This document shows positions 58,600 through 64,000 of a DNA stretch of 64,000 nt, piece by piece. Below the pieces are notes generated by a model. That model saw nothing but the letters and a program-made list of their open reading frames with translations. It did no database searches and was not told the DNA's origin. The stretch lies in the NCBI GenBank assembly GCA_963737065.1, contig CAVTRC010000001.1, positions 896,001 through 960,000 on the forward strand, read 5' to 3'. Source of the stretch: Candidatus Eremiobacteria bacterium (GTDB taxonomy: Bacteria; Vulcanimicrobiota; Vulcanimicrobiia; Vulcanimicrobiales; Vulcanimicrobiaceae). Each line of letters opens with the position of its first letter. The first letter of the stretch is position 1. A program made the translations under genes and the position numbers.

Positions 58600-59123
58600 T
58601 GCGTTGTTGCTCGCTCGCAGTTCTTCTGCTGCTCGCAACCGCAACGCCGGCGAATGCCTGGGTGACGATGTGTAACGCGGCGATTCCGGCCACGATGGTC
58701 GACAGCGTAAGTTCGAGAACGGCGTATCCCGGAATGCTGTTTCGCTTCAAAATTACCGCGGATGCGAATATTCTCGGTACGATCGTTCCGGCAGACACGG
58801 TCGGATACGGTTACGTGCGCGAGGTGACCGGAGCGAGCAATCACGATCGCAACGGCTCGTTGGCGCTCGATATGCGTGAAGTGATCTATCGCGGCAAAGA
58901 GATTCAAGTGATCAACGACCCGCGCGATACCGCCATCTGGGCGCCGGCGGAGACCACGGTCGAGCGCGCAACCGGCTATCTTCCGGTTCCGGGACTCGTT
59001 CGACAGGCGGTGAACGAAGTGCGCCACGGCAAAGACGTCACGCTCGGTCCCGGCTTCAACTTTCACATCATCGGCTGGGGTGATCCGCGCAAGACGCACC
59101 CTTGCCGTAAAGTCGGAAGTTAG
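58596..59123 (+). CDS. Secreted hypothetical protein, paralog of the upstream gene
   Basis: Signal peptide ending PANA; IPATMVDS..., YPG..FRFK, RNGSLAL, LGPGFNFH shared with the upstream ORF. Confidence 0.65.
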   Translation: MMRCCSLAVLLLLATATPANAWVTMCNAAIPATMVDSVSSRTAYPGMLFRFKITADANILGTIVPADTVGYGYVREVTGASNHDRNGSLALDMREVIYRGKEIQVINDPRDTAIWAPAETTVERATGYLPVPGLVRQAVNEVRHGKDVTLGPGFNFHIIGWGDPRKTHPCRKVGS

Positions 59124-59136
59124 GGAGACTCCCTGG

Positions 59137-59442
59137 ATGCAACACCGATTAGAGGGAGCGGCGAAATCGATCGAGGCCGGAAGTGCAAAGAGCTTCCCGA
59201 TCGACGGCGTCGACATCTTAGTCTGCAATGTCGGCGGATCGTTCTACGCAATCGAGGACGTCTGTACGCATGACGGCGCTCCGCTCGATCAAGGCTATCT
59301 TGAAGGAAAGTCCGTCGTTTGTCCGCGCCACGGCGCCACGTTCGATGTTGAAACCGGTGAAGCGTTGACGCTCCCGGCCGTCATTCCGCTCATGACGTTT
59401 GCGGTCAACATTCAAGGCGACGATCTGCTCGTCGATTGTTGA
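59137..59442 (+). CDS. Rieske-type [2Fe-2S] ferredoxin
   Basis: CTH and CPRH ligands; GGGAG SD. Confidence 0.92.
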   Translation: MQHRLEGAAKSIEAGSAKSFPIDGVDILVCNVGGSFYAIEDVCTHDGAPLDQGYLEGKSVVCPRHGATFDVETGEALTLPAVIPLMTFAVNIQGDDLLVDC

Positions 59443-61526
59443 TGCGCGGGCCGCTGCGCGTTGCGGCGATCGTCGCCGCCGTCGTCATCGCCATCGTGGT
59501 TGCATACGTCACGAATATTGCGCTCGGCATGCGCGCCCGCGCGCAAACGTCCGGAACGATCGCAGGCGTCGACGTCCGGGAACCGGTCGAAATCTTGCGC
59601 GACGCGCGCGGAATTCCGCACGTTCGCGCGCGCGACCGGTACGACATGTTCTTCGCGCAAGGATTCGTGGAAGCGAGCGATCGCGGATTTCAACTCGATC
59701 TGCTGCGACGATTCGTCTACGGAGAGCTCGCAGAAGTGCTTGGGCGCCCAGCCGTTACAACCGATGAAACCTCGCGCGTCGTGCCGGTGCGCGACCTCGT
59801 CGCGCAGCAATGGCAACGGCTCGATGCGAACAACAAACTGATCCTCCGAGCGTTTGCGGCCGGCGTCAATGCGGCATTCGCACGTGAATCCACGCCGGTC
59901 GAGTTTCGCATTCTCACGTATAAGCCGAGGCGGTGGCGTCCGGAAGATTCGCTCGCCGTCGGCTTCGCAACCGTGCTCGATCTCGCCGATACGTGGAACG
60001 ACATCGCCGGCCGCATTCGTAAGGACGATCCGCTAAGCGATCCGTGCTACGACGCCCCCGTTACTGAAGGTCTCTCGAAGATCGCCGATCCCGCGCGCTG
60101 CACGTCGAAGACGGCCTTGTTGCGATCGCTCTTCGATCGCCGGCCGCCTGTCGGTAGCAATGAGTGGGCTTCCGGAGCCGCGCATACCATAACGGGACGA
60201 GCCTTGTTGGCAAACGATCCGCACTTGCGGTTGGGCATTCCGGGCGTATGGTACCTGGTCGATCTGCAATCGCCCGGGTTTCACGCGGCGGGCGCAGTGC
60301 TCGCAGGCGTGCCGGGCGTCGTGCTCGGGCACAATGACGCCCTCGCATGGGGCGCGACAAACGGAACGGTAACGGCGATGTCGGTGTTCGACCCACCGGC
60401 ACATCTCGATGCACGGTATTGGAAGACCGAGACGTTCGGCGTGCGTTTCGGAATCAGTGTCTCGAAGCGGTACTACCGCGCGCCGCGGGAGTTCGGCGCC
60501 ACGATTAAGGTTGGTGGCCACGATCGATTCGTGCTCGTTCGCTGGGACGCATATGCGAGACCCGTTTCACCGCTCCCGACATTCGCTGCACTCGACGAAG
60601 CGCGCAACATCGACGACGGCATCAACGCATTGCGCGCGTATCCCGGGCCGACACAAAACTTCGCACTCGCCGACACGAGCGGACGCGTGGCGTATCAATT
60701 GGCCGGCGAAGTCCCGGCCGATCCCTTGTGGTCACGCGGCATTCACCCGGCTACCGATCTCGCAAAGACGTATGCCGCGATTCCGTTCGATGCGTTGCCG
60801 CACGTCGCGCCGTCGCGCACGGCGATCGTATGGTCGGCAAACAACAAGATGTACGGGCCGCGGTATCCATATCGTCTCACGGCAGAGTTCCGCCCGCCAT
60901 ACCGCGCGCATCGCATCGCGGAACTCTTGCGCGCGCGCCCTCGCTACGACGCCGCCTATTTCTCATCGATGCAAATGGACACACTCTCGCTCGCGGAACG
61001 CGAGTTCGCACGCTATTTCAAAGAGTTGCGTTCGTGGGACGGGCGCTTCACGCCGAATTCCACGCAAGCCACCGCCGCGTTCGCCGCGCGCGAGCAGCTC
61101 ACGAAACGCTACGACGAGTTCGCGGCGGGACTGATCGCCGCTCGAACGCGAGCGGGCGTTGTCGCGACCATCACGCTGCCTGCGTCGCCTGCGCCGTGGG
61201 GGACGGCGGGCGCGGTAACGGTGCCTCATCCGCTCGCAGCACTCGGCATGCGGTTCTTGAACGGATCGACATTCGCAGGTGACGGCGACGCGTACACCGT
61301 TCACGTGCAAAACAACGGCTTTTCGCAAAGTTTCCGCGCGGTATGGGACGTCGGAAACTGGGATGCGGGCGGCATCACGATTCCCCAAGGGAACTCGGGA
61401 CGTCCGGGAAGCGGTCATTACACCGATGAAGCGGCCGATTGGATCGCCGGACGGTTACGTGCGCTGCCGTACTCGAATCACGCGGTCGATCAGGCGGCAG
61501 TCGAGCGGCTCATCCTTACGCCATAG
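59442..61526 (+). CDS. Penicillin acylase / peptidase S45 family Ntn-hydrolase
   Basis: RDARGIPHV, FFAQGF, GSNEWA nucleophile Ser, LLANDPHL, SANN, GNSGRPGSGHY. Confidence 0.9.
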   Translation: MRGPLRVAAIVAAVVIAIVVAYVTNIALGMRARAQTSGTIAGVDVREPVEILRDARGIPHVRARDRYDMFFAQGFVEASDRGFQLDLLRRFVYGELAEVLGRPAVTTDETSRVVPVRDLVAQQWQRLDANNKLILRAFAAGVNAAFARESTPVEFRILTYKPRRWRPEDSLAVGFATVLDLADTWNDIAGRIRKDDPLSDPCYDAPVTEGLSKIADPARCTSKTALLRSLFDRRPPVGSNEWASGAAHTITGRALLANDPHLRLGIPGVWYLVDLQSPGFHAAGAVLAGVPGVVLGHNDALAWGATNGTVTAMSVFDPPAHLDARYWKTETFGVRFGISVSKRYYRAPREFGATIKVGGHDRFVLVRWDAYARPVSPLPTFAALDEARNIDDGINALRAYPGPTQNFALADTSGRVAYQLAGEVPADPLWSRGIHPATDLAKTYAAIPFDALPHVAPSRTAIVWSANNKMYGPRYPYRLTAEFRPPYRAHRIAELLRARPRYDAAYFSSMQMDTLSLAEREFARYFKELRSWDGRFTPNSTQATAAFAAREQLTKRYDEFAAGLIAARTRAGVVATITLPASPAPWGTAGAVTVPHPLAALGMRFLNGSTFAGDGDAYTVHVQNNGFSQSFRAVWDVGNWDAGGITIPQGNSGRPGSGHYTDEAADWIAGRLRALPYSNHAVDQAAVERLILTP

Positions 61527-61618
61527 CCTGCAAGCGAAGGAAACTTCTTTCTCCATTCACTAGATCGGCTGATTGCGCTGGTATGCTCGCGCTTGTCCAA
61601 AAGCGAAGGGGCAATATC

Positions 61619-61930
61619 ATGAGATCTTTGTACTTCAAACGACTTGGCGCCGTGGCGACCGCGATCGGAATCCTCGTACTCGCTCCGGTCGTTGCGCACT
61701 CACAGACGTCGCCCGAACCGTCGCCCTCGGCATCACCGTCAATGGCCCCCTGCGGCGACGCGAATATGAACAAAACGAGCACCGGCAGCCAACCGATTCA
61801 AAGTAGCGGTTCTGCCTCCAATTCACCGTCCGGAGCAACGACGCAACCTGGATCGCAGACGGCCGACATGTCGGACTGCAATAGCGGGACGATGGCCTCA
61901 CCAAGCCCCGCGCCGATCTCTCACGCATAA
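61619..61930 (+). CDS. Small secreted Ser/Pro-rich protein
   Basis: AGGGG SD, signal peptide, low-complexity body with two Cys. Confidence 0.6.
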   Translation: MRSLYFKRLGAVATAIGILVLAPVVAHSQTSPEPSPSASPSMAPCGDANMNKTSTGSQPIQSSGSASNSPSGATTQPGSQTADMSDCNSGTMASPSPAPISHA

Positions 61931-62661
61931 CGCGTGCGTTCATCGCGCCGATAGCCGAACACCGCAACAACCGAAAACGCCACCGAGAACAACGCAAGCG
62001 CGAACACCGCGTGCGTGGCATCGTGGCCCGGACCGCCGATGCTCCAGAGCAGTTCGCCGTACTGGCGCGTCGGTAGGTATGGCGAGATCATCGCGGCGAC
62101 CCACGGAAGCGCTTGCGGCGGAATCCAAAATCCGCCCGCAAACGCGCACAGCAGATAGATGATGTTCGTGACGGGCAGCGCGCCCCGCGGCGGCACGATG
62201 TAGGCGATTGCGATCCCGAGCATAACGAACGGCACGGCGCCGGCGATCGCGAAGATCGCCAACGTCGTCCACTGCACTGCATCGAACGAAACAGGCGTCA
62301 AAACTCTTCCTATCACCGCAACGAGCAACGATGCCATCGCGGCAATCACGACCGCGACGATGATCCGTGCGATGAAACGAATCTCGACCGGGACCGGCAA
62401 CGTCCGAAGATAGCGCTCCCACGGACGGCCGCGTTCGCTTGCAATGCCGACGCCGAATTGAAAGAGCGCTACGCCGACGACCGCAAACGCCACGAACGAC
62501 GCGAGCGTTTGATTTGCCGCATCGCTGCTCCCCCGCGCATCCGGTACGCCGAATATCGTGTAAAGCATCGCGGGAAAGAGAACCGCGGGAACAACAAAGG
62601 CCGGCGTCCGCACGATGTCGCGCAATAGAACGCACGCGTGCGCGTAAACTAAGCGAATCAT
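61921..62661 (-). CDS. ABC-2 type transporter permease
   Basis: 6 TM segments; SERGRPWERYLRTLP; GGFWIP. Confidence 0.88.
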   Translation of the reverse strand: MIRLVYAHACVLLRDIVRTPAFVVPAVLFPAMLYTIFGVPDARGSSDAANQTLASFVAFAVVGVALFQFGVGIASERGRPWERYLRTLPVPVEIRFIARIIVAVVIAAMASLLVAVIGRVLTPVSFDAVQWTTLAIFAIAGAVPFVMLGIAIAYIVPPRGALPVTNIIYLLCAFAGGFWIPPQALPWVAAMISPYLPTRQYGELLWSIGGPGHDATHAVFALALFSVAFSVVAVFGYRRDERTRYA

Positions 62662-63497
62662 TGACGAGCTCCCGTTACTTCGAGAAAGATGTCTTCGAAC
62701 GACGATTGCGTGATCGAAAGGGCCGAGAACGGCACGTTCGCGGTCACGAGCGCGCGAACGTAGGCGTCGGTATCGTCAGTCGTCACGATCGTGCGCGCCC
62801 CGGCTTGCACGATCGACGCGTTCGGCATGGTCAACGGAGCGCCGATGTACTCCACCCGCCGGCGCCCGAAGCGTCCGCGAAAACTCGACGGCGATCCGTC
62901 AAAGACGACGCACCCGACGTCGATGACGATGATCCGCGTCGCAAGCGCCTCGGCTTCTTCCATATAGTGGGTGGTGAAGAGCATCGTGCGGTTCGAGATC
63001 CCGGACGCGAGTTGCGACCATAAACGGCGGCGGGATTCTGCGTCGAGCCCGGTCGTGGGTTCATCGAGAATAACGATATCGGTGTTTGCTCCGCATGCGA
63101 GCGCAAGCGCCACGCGGCGCTGTGCGCCGCCGGAAAGCGTGCCGACGCGCGTGTCCGCAACGCTGCGCAGGTCGAAAGCATCGAGAATTGCATCAGCCGC
63201 GAGCGCGTTCGGATAGTGAACGGCAACGAAATCGAGCAGTTCGCGCACGCTCAGCACGTCCGGGAAACCGGTCGTTTGCGGCGTACATGCGACGGTTCCG
63301 GTCATCCGCGCACTGCCGCTATCCGCTCGACGTAATCCCAGAAGAATCTCGAGCGCGGTCGTCTTGCCGGCGCCGTTCGGGCCGAGTAACGCAACGCATT
63401 CGCCGCGCTCTACCGAGAACGAAACGTTGCGCAACGCCGCCGTCTCGCCGTAGTGTTTGCAGACCTCGTGAACTTCGATGCTCGCTTCCATTTGCAT
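62658..63497 (-). CDS. ABC transporter ATP-binding protein
   Basis: GPNGAGKTT, LSGG, LDEPTTGLD, TTHYMEEA. Confidence 0.93.
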   Translation of the reverse strand: MQMEASIEVHEVCKHYGETAALRNVSFSVERGECVALLGPNGAGKTTALEILLGLRRADSGSARMTGTVACTPQTTGFPDVLSVRELLDFVAVHYPNALAADAILDAFDLRSVADTRVGTLSGGAQRRVALALACGANTDIVILDEPTTGLDAESRRRLWSQLASGISNRTMLFTTHYMEEAEALATRIIVIDVGCVVFDGSPSSFRGRFGRRRVEYIGAPLTMPNASIVQAGARTIVTTDDTDAYVRALVTANVPFSALSITQSSFEDIFLEVTGARQ

Positions 63498-63502
63498 TCC
63501 TT

Positions 63503-64000
63503 CTATGCTTCAGCGTATCTCGGGCGTCGAACGCGCAGCGCATACGCATACCCGATCCACGGCTCCAAGACGAGGTTGATGATGAAGTGCGCGACGACGC
63601 ACGGCAATAGCGCACGCCCGGACACGACATACACGATTGCGAGGGCCGCACCGAGAACCGCCATCGATACGACGGCGCTCACCAGAGAACGCGCGCCGCC
63701 GCGCACCGCCCACACGGCGTGAACAGCGCCGAAGGCGAGCGCCGATGCGACGATCTGTACTGCAACGCCGTAATGCGCGAGGGCAAGCAGGTTCATGAGC
63801 GTCATACGGAAGACGCCTTCTTCGAGAATCGAACTCGGAATCGCGATCACGAGCGCGAGCACTTTAAACGGCGTAACTTTTGTCAATAGCGGCCACAGAT
63901 CGAGCGCGCGTGCAGTATAGACGATCGTTGCGAGCGCAACGAAGGCCGAGAGAATCCAGCCGACAACCGGCACGTCGCCCGCCCGAACCGCGAGCGCGGT
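63503..64000 (-). CDS. CPBP (CAAX/Abi) intramembrane metalloprotease, probably 5'-truncated by the window edge
   Basis: EEGVFR, FGAVH, HFIIN motifs. Confidence 0.85.
   Translation of the reverse strand, partial: TALAVRAGDVPVVGWILSAFVALATIVYTARALDLWPLLTKVTPFKVLALVIAIPSSILEEGVFRMTLMNLLALAHYGVAVQIVASALAFGAVHAVWAVRGGARSLVSAVVSMAVLGAALAIVYVVSGRALLPCVVAHFIINLVLEPWIGYAYALRVRRPRYAEA

Overview
GC-rich bacterial chromosomal window that is gene-dense and mostly housekeeping. The gene repertoire suggests a Terrabacteria lineage such as Candidatus Eremiobacterota/Vulcanimicrobiota; this is an unverified inference. It holds about 60 CDSs: lpdA-lipB-lipA, an orphan AcrB-type RND pump followed by a secreted beta-rich protein and an SGNH lipoprotein, gdh, ychF, MTA phosphorylase, tmk-holB, an Orn/Lys/Arg decarboxylase, pdxST, an (alpha/alpha)6 glycoside hydrolase, ispE, ubiX, a DNA-repair neighbourhood (RecB-family nuclease, degenerate UvrD-like protein, GNAT, dinB, nfo, scpAB, NUDIX, TopIB), gcvT-H-PA-PB, speE, speD, sufB and an S45 acylase. 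I found no rRNA, tRNA, CRISPR array or transposase. Most notable: (1) a domain-permuted S53 sedolisin lipoprotein with its prodomain at the C-terminus, split by a +1 frameshift, between speD and speE; (2) a structured leader of about 200 nt ahead of speD (candidate riboswitch); (3) a coupled operon of an Fe-S nuclease, a pseudo-helicase and a GNAT; (4) a 74-bp tandem duplication carrying SD-led mini-ORFs inside the gcv operon; (5) a recurring AGGN-N17-G(A/T)A sigmaH-like promoter motif, including a bidirectional palindromic copy; (6) a MITE-like element, a GalT remnant and a candidate leader pseudoknot.
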